Assembly: GCA_947479645.1 (NCBI GenBank)
Contig: CANKAJ010000002.1
Coordinates: 400 to 64,399, forward strand
Direction of reading: 5' to 3'
Source of the DNA: Betaproteobacteria bacterium
GTDB taxonomy: Bacteria; Pseudomonadota; Gammaproteobacteria; Burkholderiales; SG8-39
Length of the DNA: 64,000 nt
Made by a program: the position numbers and the translations under genes. The notes under the pieces were generated by a model, which saw nothing but the letters and a program-made list of their open reading frames with translations, had not been told where the DNA came from and searched no databases. This document shows, piece by piece, positions 36,874-45,787 of the stretch; position 1 is the first letter of the stretch, and each line of letters opens with the position of its first letter.

Positions 36874-37110
36874 ATGACTGACTCGGAAGAAAAGCCGGAA
36901 GATGTTGTTACTGTCATCGGACGTGAGATTGCCGCCATGCATGGTGCTCTGCTGGCACTGACCTCTGTCGTGGTCAGGCAGGGAAATGCGACGGCGATCG
37001 TTGAACACCTTTCGGCAATCCGGGAGAGTGCCGCCAAGGAACCCAACAGCACGCATTTCACCGACATTCTGGACAAGATGATTTCGGTGGCACGGCCCTC
37101 ACTGCATTAG
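36874..37110 (+). CDS. hypothetical protein, 78 aa
   Basis: ATG ORF with a weak SD (AAAGGA) in the scar zone. No motif. Confidence 0.3.
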   Translation: MTDSEEKPEDVVTVIGREIAAMHGALLALTSVVVRQGNATAIVEHLSAIRESAAKEPNSTHFTDILDKMISVARPSLH

Positions 37111-37195
37111 CAGGAGAATGACGCAGGCGCAGAGTTTCAGGCAGCGCACCTATTGCGGCATCCGGTTTGTTCCGGATGACTTGCCAAGTCATGAA

Positions 37196-37502
37196 TCAGA
37201 ATGCCAGTGCAGCCATGAATTCGCTGACCGGCGTCTGCTCGAATATCTTTCGATCATCGCATATGGCGAATATTGTCTCGCGCCGTTCCGGCGCAAAACA
37301 GGTCTCCAGCCCCTCCAGGAATTTCTTTCGGAATAAGCGGAGCGGACTCCTCGCGACGACTGGGATGGCCGGTCGGATATTCAATATCGATGCGTGGTGT
37401 GCTCGAGCCGTCCTTGAAATGAACCTGGATGCCGTTGCCGCTGGACAAAGTATTGGGATCGTCGGAACCACGCGTGAAGCGAGGTTCTTCGGTCTCGGTC
37501 AT
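37196..37502 (-). pseudogene. C-terminal remnant of an MmgE/PrpD-family gene, frameshifted
   Basis: Two minus-strand frames join to read ...GIQVHFKDGSSTPRIDIEYPTGHPSRREESAPLIPK / KFLEGLETCFAPERRETIFAICDDRKIFEQTPVSEFMAALAF. This parallels the C-termini of PrpD-type proteins, including the in-window ...CPQGHANSPMSDSDIEAKF.... The 1-nt frame change is near 37325. About 380 N-terminal codons are absent. Confidence 0.7.
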
Positions 37503-37740
37503 CCTGCTTCCTTTGCGGCAAAAAATACGCAGGCCAAGGCATCAACCAGGCTGCGATGTGCCGCTGCATATGCAGCATCGTCGGTGACGTGGTGGTTTCA
37601 AACGTAATCGGCTACATCCACGAGTTCCTCATCGATGGCATTGGCTGTTGCTGATTCTGATGTCATGGTTGATCTGCGCCGTCAGGCGCAGTGGGGTGCG
37701 CGGCTTGTATCAGTGCGGAGCACCAATGGATTGCAGGGCA

Positions 37741-38718
37741 TTACTGATCAAGCTTGATGTTGGCGGTCTTGACGAGTTGGGCGAATTTGGCGAAATCCGC
37801 TTTCATCCGTGCCGCAAATTGGTCGGGAGTGGAAATGAAGGGCTCCATACCCTGACCGGACATTTTTTCGTTGACCTCCGGCATGGCCAGTATCCTGGCG
37901 ATCTCGGTTGACAGCTTGTCGCTGACTGCTTTGGGCAAGCCGGCCGGGGAGAGAATCCCATACCAGGCCTTGAGTTCGAAATTGGGCAGACCTGCCTCCG
38001 CAAACGTGGGTACTTGTGGCAGCCCTGCCTGTCGAGTATCGCCCGAAATTGCCATGGCCTTGAGTTTGCCTGTTTTGACATGCGGCATGACTACCAGGGG
38101 AGCGCTGAAGTACAACTGCACTTGGCCGCCAATAAGATCGGTCAGTGCCGGACCAGATCCCTTGTAGGGGATATGTTGCATCTTTACCCCCGTCCGGCTT
38201 TCAAACAATGCTGCTGACAAATGGTTGGTGGTTCCGCCGCCTGATGAGGCGTAGTTGAGCGTGCCCGGTTTGGATTTGGCCAATGCAATGAACTCCCTCA
38301 GGTTATTGGCCGGCACCGAGGGATGAAGCGCCAGCACATACTCGGTGCTGGATACGGTGCCGATGGGATCGAAATCCTTGATGGCGTCATAAGGGGTGGG
38401 CAACAGGCTGGGCACGACTACGTGGGTCTGGGCAACCAGCAGGATCGTATAGCCATCGGGCGCGGATTTGGCTGCAGCCTCGCTGCCGATGATGGTGTTG
38501 CCGCCGCCGCGATTGTCCACCAACACTGCCTGGCCCCAGCTTTCCGTCAGCTTCTCGCCGATGACACGCGCCAGCGGAGTGGTAGTGCCGCCCGGGGGAT
38601 AAGGCACGATGAAGCGGATCGGCTTGTTCGGGTAGGCCTGCTGTGCGGTGGCGACGCCGATATAAGCGATTAGCGCAAATGCGCTCAGTGTTCGTGCAGC
38701 TGCGGCAACTGATGTCAT
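37741..38718 (-). CDS. Bug/TctC-family periplasmic substrate-binding protein
   Basis: MTSVAAAARTLSAFALIAYIGVATAQQAYPNKPIRFIVPYPPGGTT. AAGGAG SD before ATG 38718 (the ORF track extends to 38976). Confidence 0.9.
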   Translation of the reverse strand: MTSVAAAARTLSAFALIAYIGVATAQQAYPNKPIRFIVPYPPGGTTTPLARVIGEKLTESWGQAVLVDNRGGGNTIIGSEAAAKSAPDGYTILLVAQTHVVVPSLLPTPYDAIKDFDPIGTVSSTEYVLALHPSVPANNLREFIALAKSKPGTLNYASSGGGTTNHLSAALFESRTGVKMQHIPYKGSGPALTDLIGGQVQLYFSAPLVVMPHVKTGKLKAMAISGDTRQAGLPQVPTFAEAGLPNFELKAWYGILSPAGLPKAVSDKLSTEIARILAMPEVNEKMSGQGMEPFISTPDQFAARMKADFAKFAQLVKTANIKLDQ

Positions 38719-39030
38719 AAACAACTCCTTTAAGACGAGATTTAGAACGAGCTTTCCAAATGAGGCGATCCTGCATTCCTGCATCAGGGCCCAATTCGGC
38801 AATTTTGAAATGACCCCTGTGGATCCCACTGCGAACTGGAGTGGCGAAGTGGCTATCGCCTTTTCATTCTGGACAAAGTCTACATGCTCGCTGGCTGGCC
38901 TGCAAAAGCCATCCTGAATCAGTGCCGGGCGAAAATGACTTGCGCAACTCCTGCAGCTTGAGCAAGCAATGGTCAATCTGCGAGCGGCTGCTAGAATTCA
39001 GTCGACGCAATTCCAACTGGAGGGAATGAA

Positions 39031-39423
39031 ATGTCCGATGCCGAGCGCCATAAGCGAGCAATGAAAGCATACAAACAGTATGGTGGAAAAAAGTACGTGC
39101 TCAAGTCCACTCCGCATGATCCGCCATCGATCAAGGATATTTCACTCCTTGGTGTGGATCGATGCTACGGAGAGTCATGGAATCGCAAGGGGCTCGACAT
39201 GAAAACGAAGAGCCTCATTACGATTTCCATGCTGGCAACGCTTGGCATAGAGCCGGAGCTGCGCACGCATATCAAGGCGGCCCATCACCAGGGTGTCACC
39301 AAGGATCAGATCGTTGATTGGTTGATCCACGTGAATAGCTATATCGGCACTCCAAGGGCGGTGGCGGCATTACGGGTTGCCCGTGAGGTATGGACTGAAT
39401 TGGCCGAGGAAAAGAAGACATAA
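39031..39423 (+). CDS. carboxymuconolactone decarboxylase (AhpD-like) family protein
   Basis: GESWNRKGLDMKTKSLITISMLATLG...ELRTHIKAAHHQGVTKDQIVDWLIHVNSYIGTPRA. GGAGGGA SD. Confidence 0.8.
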   Translation: MSDAERHKRAMKAYKQYGGKKYVLKSTPHDPPSIKDISLLGVDRCYGESWNRKGLDMKTKSLITISMLATLGIEPELRTHIKAAHHQGVTKDQIVDWLIHVNSYIGTPRAVAALRVAREVWTELAEEKKT

Positions 39424-39435
39424 CCATCGGTCATG

Positions 39436-39455
39436 GTCAATTGATATTAATTGAC
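39436..39455. promoter_or_regulatory. perfect palindrome GTCAATT-N6-AATTGAC in the AT-rich leader of the 17 kb cluster (candidate operator)
   Basis: Read directly from the sequence. Lies in the 345 bp AT-rich gap between the CMD gene and Bug gene 39769. Confidence 0.35.
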
Positions 39456-39768
39456 TCCTTATGAAGCTAATGAAAAACGTAAGTTTCATATTTTGATAAT
39501 AATAAAAATCACATCCGGCGACGCGGTTCCGATGCCGGGTGTTGGCCGAATGAATTGTGCAGGAAAGTCGAAATATCATTCAGATTTCCGGGCTCGACTT
39601 ATGACGTGGCGGCCTCTACCATCAAAATGTGATCGACACCTTGTCGCCCGTTGTCGCTTGTGATTGCATCGATATGGCCGCAAGCGAGGACTGCGGTCTG
39701 AAAGGCATCGGGTAGCCAATTCCATTGGCGTCAGAGACCGTCGTAAAACCCATCTGGAGCAATCGGCC

Positions 39769-40758
39769 ATGCGGCAACTCACACTATTGAAGGTTTGCAT
39801 TTCCACGACTGCATTCCTGCTGTCGATGTGCGCCTATGCGCAGGGTACGGTGACTGCTGCTTTTTCAAGGCCCATTGCGGTGATCGTGCCGTTTCCCCCC
39901 GGTGGCGTAACAGAGCTGGAAGCTCGCCTGTATTCGCAGAAGCTCTCTGAAGTCATGGGGGGTCATGCCGTCCTGGTCGACTTCAAACCTGGTGCAGGCA
40001 GCACACTGGGGGCCGCCCATGTTGCCAAGGCCGCACCCGATGGGAATACGCTGCTTGTCATTTCAGGGGCGTTCACCATTGCGCCGCAGTTGTACAAGGA
40101 TCTTCCCTACGATGCAGTCAAGGACTTTGCGCCGGTGTCACTGATGAGCACCCGCGCCACCGTGCTGATGGCCAATCCATCCAAACCCTACAAGACGTCG
40201 GCTGAATTCATTACTTATGCCAAGGCACATCCCGGGGAAGTGAATTTTGCAACATCGGGCGCCGGTGGGGCGGTGCATCTGTTTGGCGCATGGCTGGCCC
40301 AGCTTGCCAACGTCAAGTTCACATTCATTCACTACAATGGCACCGGCCCGTTGCTGGGTGATCTGTTCGCCGGCCGCGTGGATGTGTATCCGACGACTTT
40401 TTCGATTGCGTTGCCGTTCATCAAGTCCGGCAAGCTGCATCCGCTGGGGGTCAGCAGCGCCGAACGATCACCGCTGTTGCCGGGAATGCCGACCGTGGCG
40501 GAGCAGGGGGTTACCGGTTACGATTACTCCAGCTGGCTGGGGATGGTCACGACCGGCGGCACACCTGCCGTGATCGTCAGGAGGCTCAGTGGGGATTTTG
40601 CCAAGGTGGCGAAATCGCCGGATATCATCAAGCGCATGGAGGCGGACGGCTCGACGATGGTCGGCGGCACGCCCGAGCAGTTTGCCAGGCATATTGGCTC
40701 CGAACTGGCCCGTTGGCGCAAGCTGGTAGCCGAGAACGACATCAAGCTGGAACAGTAG
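39769..40758 (+). CDS. Bug/TctC-family periplasmic substrate-binding protein
   Basis: MRQLTLLKVCISTTAFLLSMCAYAQG..., PFPPGGVTE, TSGAGGAVHL. Start moved to ATG 39769. Confidence 0.9.
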   Translation: MRQLTLLKVCISTTAFLLSMCAYAQGTVTAAFSRPIAVIVPFPPGGVTELEARLYSQKLSEVMGGHAVLVDFKPGAGSTLGAAHVAKAAPDGNTLLVISGAFTIAPQLYKDLPYDAVKDFAPVSLMSTRATVLMANPSKPYKTSAEFITYAKAHPGEVNFATSGAGGAVHLFGAWLAQLANVKFTFIHYNGTGPLLGDLFAGRVDVYPTTFSIALPFIKSGKLHPLGVSSAERSPLLPGMPTVAEQGVTGYDYSSWLGMVTTGGTPAVIVRRLSGDFAKVAKSPDIIKRMEADGSTMVGGTPEQFARHIGSELARWRKLVAENDIKLEQ

Positions 40759-40823
40759 ACGAAAACGCAGTCAGCGCAGGCTGGCTCCGCTTCCAATTAC
40801 GCCCGTCAATTTAAGAGAATACT

Positions 40824-42302
40824 ATGGATGCAATCGATGTCATTGTTGTCGGCGGCGGTAATGCCGCCGTTTGTGCCGCGCTGGGTGCTGCGGAAAAAGG
40901 GGCGAAGGTTACGCTGGTTGAACGCGCCCCCAAGGAAGTTCGCGGCGGCAACTCGGCCTTCACTGGAGGGGCCTTCCGCGTTGTCTATAACGGTGTCGAT
41001 GACATCAGGAAAATGGTGCCCGACTTGTCCCAGCAGGAGATTGACGGCGCTGATTTTGGGACCTACACCGAGGAACAGTATCTGGACGAGTGGTTCGCGC
41101 TCAGCCAGTACCGTGGTGATGCCGACCTGATCGAAATGGTGGTCAAGCGCAGCCTGCCGACTCTGTTGTGGCTGCGTGAGCAGGGGGTGCGTTTCGTGCC
41201 GTTGTTCGGGCGGCAGACCTTCAAGGTGGACGGCAAGCTGGTTTTTTGGGGGGGGCTCACCGTGGAGTCCTCTGGTGGGGGCCTCGGTCTGATGCAAAGT
41301 CTGTACAAGAAGGCCGAGAATACGCCGTCTATCGATCTTCGCTACGGAACGCGCGCAACCGGCCTGGAACAGGGTGAAGACGGCTTGTGGCGAGTCGCCT
41401 GTCTGGTTGATCGCAAGAAGATCACATTGACAGCCAAGGCTGTCATCCTTGCTGCGGGCGGTTTTCATGCCAACCTTGAGTGGCGCTCCAAGTATCTTGG
41501 GAAGAACTGGGATCTCGCCAAGGTGCGCGGCTCACGCTATAACACGGGCGACGGCATACAGATGGGAATGGATGCGGGCGCCATTCCTCACGGCAACTGG
41601 ACGGGCTGCCACGCGGTGTTTTTCGACGCCAATGCCGCGCCCTTCGGCGACATCAACATACTCGACCAGCAGAAGAATTATTTTACGAGCGGCATCGTGG
41701 TCAATGCCGAGGGCAAGCGTTTCATCGACGAGGGCGAGGCCTTCCGCAATTACAACTATTCCCAGATGGGCGCGCGCGTGCTCAACCAGCCCGGCGGCGT
41801 CGCCTGGCAGGTGTTCGACCAGCAGACCATTGACCTGTTGCCCGGCGAATATCGGGTCAAGCATGCCACGCGCTATCAGGCCGATACGCTGGAGGCGCTC
41901 GCTGACAAGATGGAAGGTATCGACAAGGAGGGCTTCCTCAAGACGGTTCGCGAATTCAACGCTGCCGTGCGTACCGACGTGAAGTTCAATCCGGCGGTGA
42001 AGGACGGGCGCTCGACCCCCGGGGTCACGCCGGTCAAGACCAACTGGGCCAACCGTATCGAGAAGCCGCCGTTCGTCGCATATGCGGTGACCTGCGGCAT
42101 CACCTGTACCTATGGCGGCCTGAAGGTCAACACCGACGCGCAGGTGCTGGATCAGGAGGATCGTGTCATTCCCGGGATTTACGCCGCGGGCGAAATGGTG
42201 GGCGGCCTCTACTACATCAAATATGCCGGCGGCGCCGGCCTGACCGCAGGCTCGGTGCTGGGTCGTGCGGCGGGGCATCATGCCGCGGGACTAAACCGAT
42301 GA
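40824..42302 (+). CDS. FAD-dependent oxidoreductase, TcuA (tricarballylate dehydrogenase)-like, subfamily 4
   Basis: IDVIVVGGGNAAVCAALGAAEKGAKVTLVERAPKEVRGGNSAFT; C-terminal GIYAAGEMVGGLYY. Confidence 0.8.
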   Translation: MDAIDVIVVGGGNAAVCAALGAAEKGAKVTLVERAPKEVRGGNSAFTGGAFRVVYNGVDDIRKMVPDLSQQEIDGADFGTYTEEQYLDEWFALSQYRGDADLIEMVVKRSLPTLLWLREQGVRFVPLFGRQTFKVDGKLVFWGGLTVESSGGGLGLMQSLYKKAENTPSIDLRYGTRATGLEQGEDGLWRVACLVDRKKITLTAKAVILAAGGFHANLEWRSKYLGKNWDLAKVRGSRYNTGDGIQMGMDAGAIPHGNWTGCHAVFFDANAAPFGDINILDQQKNYFTSGIVVNAEGKRFIDEGEAFRNYNYSQMGARVLNQPGGVAWQVFDQQTIDLLPGEYRVKHATRYQADTLEALADKMEGIDKEGFLKTVREFNAAVRTDVKFNPAVKDGRSTPGVTPVKTNWANRIEKPPFVAYAVTCGITCTYGGLKVNTDAQVLDQEDRVIPGIYAAGEMVGGLYYIKYAGGAGLTAGSVLGRAAGHHAAGLNR

Positions 42303-42313
42303 TCTTTAAACAT

Positions 42314-42397
42314 GTCATTCCGAACGCATTGAGGAATCTGCTTATCGAGAAAAGCAGATTCCTCTGCCTGGATCTTCGATCCATGCCTCGGAATGAC
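42314..42397. repeat. 84 bp nested palindromic (REP-like) element between two co-directional genes
   Basis: Outer perfect 10 bp arms: GTCATTCCGA (42314-42323) / TCGGAATGAC (42388-42397). Inner perfect 13 bp stem: GAGGAATCTGCTT (42331-42343) / AAGCAGATTCCTC (42352-42364), 8 nt loop. Extra 5 bp stem GGATC/GATCC. Confidence 0.75.
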
Positions 42398-42405
42398 AGT
42401 TTTGT

Positions 42406-43800
42406 GTGTGTAAGTGGGAGGTGTGCTTGGATAACGCGGTGAACTCCATAGGCGTATCTCTCAGTCGGAGCATTGCCCGGCTATTGCTGGCGCGACGCGA
42501 CGCCGGGCTGCCAGCGGAGTTGCGCGCCAAGGCGCGCATGCACATCGCCGATGCCGTGGGCATTTCGCTGGCGGCATTGCACACCACCACACAGGGACGC
42601 GAGGTCATTGCTGGCGTGTCGGCCGGTGGCGCCTCCGGTCAGTGCAGTGTTATCGGGGCGTCCGCAAAGCTTCCTCCAAGTCTGGCTGCCTTTGCCAATT
42701 CGTCATTGATCCATATCCTCGATTTCGATGATATCCACGACATTGCGCGCCTGCATCCGAGCTCGGCAACGCTGCCGGCGGCGCTGGCAGCGGCAGAGTT
42801 GTGTGGCGCACCCGGTGCGGCTGTTGTCGATGGCGTGGCGCTGGGCAATGAATTGATGTGTCGACTGGGGCTGGTATGGAATCCGACCGGCACCGGACCG
42901 GTGTCCGACTGGTTTACCACGCAGTTGTTCGGCTATATGGGTGCAACCATCGCCGCAGGGGTGGTACTGAACATGAGCGAGGATCAGCTGGTTTCCGCGT
43001 TGGGCCTTGCCTACATGCAGGCTGCGGGAGGTAAGGAAGCCGGATTCGGTGTGGGTGCGACAGCACGCGCCATTTATCCCGCTTTTGCCGCCATGGGCGG
43101 CGTGCATGCCTGCATGCTGGCACGCGCCGGCATCGTCGGCCCCCAGGGCTCACTGGACGGCAATGCAGGATTGTTTCGCATTCTGTTCGGTCGTCAGGCC
43201 GATGATCAGCAACTCGGCACGCTACTGGACCAGGATGCCTGGCTGTTTCGCGACACCGAAATCAAACCCTGGCCGTGCTGCCGTTTGTCGCATCCCTATG
43301 TTGCTGCAGCGCAGGCGCTGCGCAAGCAACTCAATGGCGAACCGGTGCGCATCGATGTTGCGGTGAACGCTTCGGCGGCGAAGTTGTGCCATCCGCTTGC
43401 CCAGCGCCGCCGTCCCCAGACGCTGCAGGACGCCAAGTACAGCGTACCCTTCATGACAGCTTTTGCATTGTCGCGTGACACGCTCGATCTCAGTACGATC
43501 AATGACAGCATGCTGCAGGACGAGCAAGCCCACAAACTTGCCGATCTGGTGGAGATCGCCGAGACGCTGCCCGATACGCCGGGGCACCCACCGGCTGAGA
43601 TCGTCGTGACATTGAGTGACGGGCGCAAGATCGCAAGCCCCGGGAATTGGCAATCGGCCATACCGGAAGAAGCGGTGCATCGTAAATTCAACGCGTGCCT
43701 CTCGCATGCCGGCACGCAGAACGCCGACCAGGTGTGGCAGCGCCTGAATCATCTGGATGCAGAATTGAGTGTAACTGCGGTGTTGTCATCGCTTCATTGA
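42406..43800 (+). CDS. MmgE/PrpD-family protein
   Basis: MHIADAVGISLAAL...; 464 aa with family-typical length and C-terminus. GTG start is uncertain (alternative GTG near 42448). Confidence 0.8.
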   Translation: MCKWEVCLDNAVNSIGVSLSRSIARLLLARRDAGLPAELRAKARMHIADAVGISLAALHTTTQGREVIAGVSAGGASGQCSVIGASAKLPPSLAAFANSSLIHILDFDDIHDIARLHPSSATLPAALAAAELCGAPGAAVVDGVALGNELMCRLGLVWNPTGTGPVSDWFTTQLFGYMGATIAAGVVLNMSEDQLVSALGLAYMQAAGGKEAGFGVGATARAIYPAFAAMGGVHACMLARAGIVGPQGSLDGNAGLFRILFGRQADDQQLGTLLDQDAWLFRDTEIKPWPCCRLSHPYVAAAQALRKQLNGEPVRIDVAVNASAAKLCHPLAQRRRPQTLQDAKYSVPFMTAFALSRDTLDLSTINDSMLQDEQAHKLADLVEIAETLPDTPGHPPAEIVVTLSDGRKIASPGNWQSAIPEEAVHRKFNACLSHAGTQNADQVWQRLNHLDAELSVTAVLSSLH

Positions 43801-43876
43801 ATCGCGCAGGACCATCGGGCAGCTGCGTGGTCGGTTCGCGCACGGTAAATCAGAAAGCAGAAAAAGGAGAGCGGTA

Positions 43877-44785
43877 ATGAGCGAAGTCAAAATTCTGGCG
43901 AGTGGATTCAAGTTTCCGGAAGGGCCGATGGTGCTGCCGGACGGGTCAGTGGTGGTGGCTGAAATTGCCGGCGGACAATTGTCACGTGTGTACCCGGACG
44001 GCCGCGTTGCAGTTGCCGCGAAAACCGGTGGAGGACCTAACGGCATGGCGCTTGGACCGGATGGCGCCTGGTATGTCTGCAATAACGGTGGTGGAGAGTA
44101 CCGGCCCGGCAGTTTCATGGCCATAGGGCCTGCCAAGGATTACGCCGGCGGTTACATTCAGCGCGTCGACCCGGGCACCGGCGAAGTGCGCAAGCTCTAC
44201 ACCCATTGCGGACAGAAACGACTGTCTTCCCCCAACGACATCGTATTTGATACGCATGGCGGGTTTTATTTCTCCGATTTCGGCAAAAAGTATCACCATC
44301 ATCGCGATCATGGCGGACTGTATTACGCGAAGATTGACGGTTCCAGCATTGTCGAAGTGACCTATCCCGTAGCCTGCCCGAATGGAGTCGGGCTGTCGCC
44401 GGATGGCAAGGTGTTGTATGCCGCGGACACTGAAGCCTCGCGTCTGTGGGCTTTCGACATCATCGCGCCCGGCGTCATCGACAAGCATCCTTTTCCTTCC
44501 CCCAACAGTGGAAGGCTGGTCTGTGGTCTGCCCGGTTACCAGCGTTTCGACAGCCTGGCGGTTCAGGCCAACGGCAATATCTGCATTGCAACCCTGATTG
44601 CCGGTTGCATTACGGTGATCTCCCCCTCAGGAAAACTGGTGCGGCAGGTGAAGATGCCGGATGTTTATCCGACCAATATCTGCTTCGGTGGTCCGGACCT
44701 CAGAACCGCTTACATCACGTTATCTGCCAGCGGGGAACTGGCGAGCGTGCATTGGGCGGAAGCCGGCCTGCGCCTGAATTTTTAG
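43877..44785 (+). CDS. SMP-30/gluconolactonase/LRE-family protein (lactonase-like beta-propeller)
   Basis: FKFPEGPMVLPDGSVVVAEIAGGQLSRV...GGPNGMALGPDG...SPNDIVFD...PNGVGLSPDG. AAGGAG SD. Confidence 0.85.
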   Translation: MSEVKILASGFKFPEGPMVLPDGSVVVAEIAGGQLSRVYPDGRVAVAAKTGGGPNGMALGPDGAWYVCNNGGGEYRPGSFMAIGPAKDYAGGYIQRVDPGTGEVRKLYTHCGQKRLSSPNDIVFDTHGGFYFSDFGKKYHHHRDHGGLYYAKIDGSSIVEVTYPVACPNGVGLSPDGKVLYAADTEASRLWAFDIIAPGVIDKHPFPSPNSGRLVCGLPGYQRFDSLAVQANGNICIATLIAGCITVISPSGKLVRQVKMPDVYPTNICFGGPDLRTAYITLSASGELASVHWAEAGLRLNF

Positions 44786-44798
44786 CGGCCCTGGTGCC

Positions 44799-45785
44799 AT
44801 GCAATTCAAAGGAATGACCATGCTACGCCCGCTTGTCGTTGCCATGTGCTTGACCAGTGCGCTGTTCACGGATGCAAGTGTGGCGCAGAACTATCCGGTA
44901 CGGCCGGTGCGCATGCTGGTCGGGTTTCCTCCAGGAGCGAGCACTGACATTTTTGCCAGAATGATCGCCACCGAACTGCAGAAGGCGTGGGGCCAGCCGC
45001 TGCTGGTCGACAACAAGGGCGGCGCCAACGGCATCATCGCCACCAGTGATCTCGCCAAGGCAGCGCCAGACGGACATACCATGATGCTGGTGGTATCAGC
45101 CCACGTCACCAATGCCCTCTACTACAAGGATTTGCCCTACGACGTGCAGAAGGATTTTGCACCGGTGACATTGGTGACCAGCACGCCGTGGTTGCTCATT
45201 GCAGCGCCGGCGTTTCCTGCCAATAACGTCAAGGAGCTGATCGCGTTGGCCAAAGCGAGCCCGGGCAAACTGAATTTCGGAACAGCCGGAGAGGGTTCGA
45301 CCGGTCACCTGACGACCGAGTTGCTGGGGGTGATGGCGGGGGTTCGGATGACGCACATTCCCTATAAAGGCAGTGCCCAGGCGCTGACTGACTTGATGGG
45401 CGAGCGACTGTCCTTCATGTTTGCGACCCTGAGTTTTGTCCAGGGTCAACTGGCGTCGAAAAAAGTGAAGGCACTGGGGATCAGTTCGGCGAAGCGCTCC
45501 GGTGCGGTGCCTGACCTTCCGACAATTTCGGAATCGGGCTTGCCGGGCTTTGAAGCCGGACAATGGTTCGGTATCCTGACACCGGCCGGGACGCCAATCG
45601 CAACAGTACGAAAGATTCAGACCGAAGTGGCCAGGAGCCTGACCAAGCCCGAAGTAGCAGCGGCATTGGTCGCCCAAAACTCCGAACCCATCGGCAATAC
45701 GCCCGAGGAATTTGGAAAATTCCTCGCAACCGAATACGCTACGTGGAAACGTACCTTTACAGAGGCGGCTATCAAACCGCAATAA
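44799..45785 (+). CDS. Bug/TctC-family periplasmic substrate-binding protein
   Basis: Signal peptide, AQNYPVRPVRMLVGFPPGASTD, HIPYKGS. Alternative ATG starts at 44814 and 44820 (the latter with an AAGGAA SD). Confidence 0.9.
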   Translation: MQFKGMTMLRPLVVAMCLTSALFTDASVAQNYPVRPVRMLVGFPPGASTDIFARMIATELQKAWGQPLLVDNKGGANGIIATSDLAKAAPDGHTMMLVVSAHVTNALYYKDLPYDVQKDFAPVTLVTSTPWLLIAAPAFPANNVKELIALAKASPGKLNFGTAGEGSTGHLTTELLGVMAGVRMTHIPYKGSAQALTDLMGERLSFMFATLSFVQGQLASKKVKALGISSAKRSGAVPDLPTISESGLPGFEAGQWFGILTPAGTPIATVRKIQTEVARSLTKPEVAAALVAQNSEPIGNTPEEFGKFLATEYATWKRTFTEAAIKPQ

Positions 45786-45787
45786 TC

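Noticed and set aside
39451-39663. 70 aa ORF in the AT-rich leader of the 17 kb cluster
   Set aside because: It lies in AT-rich intergenic-type sequence with palindromes. It has no SD and a low-complexity product, so the region is more likely a promoter/operator.
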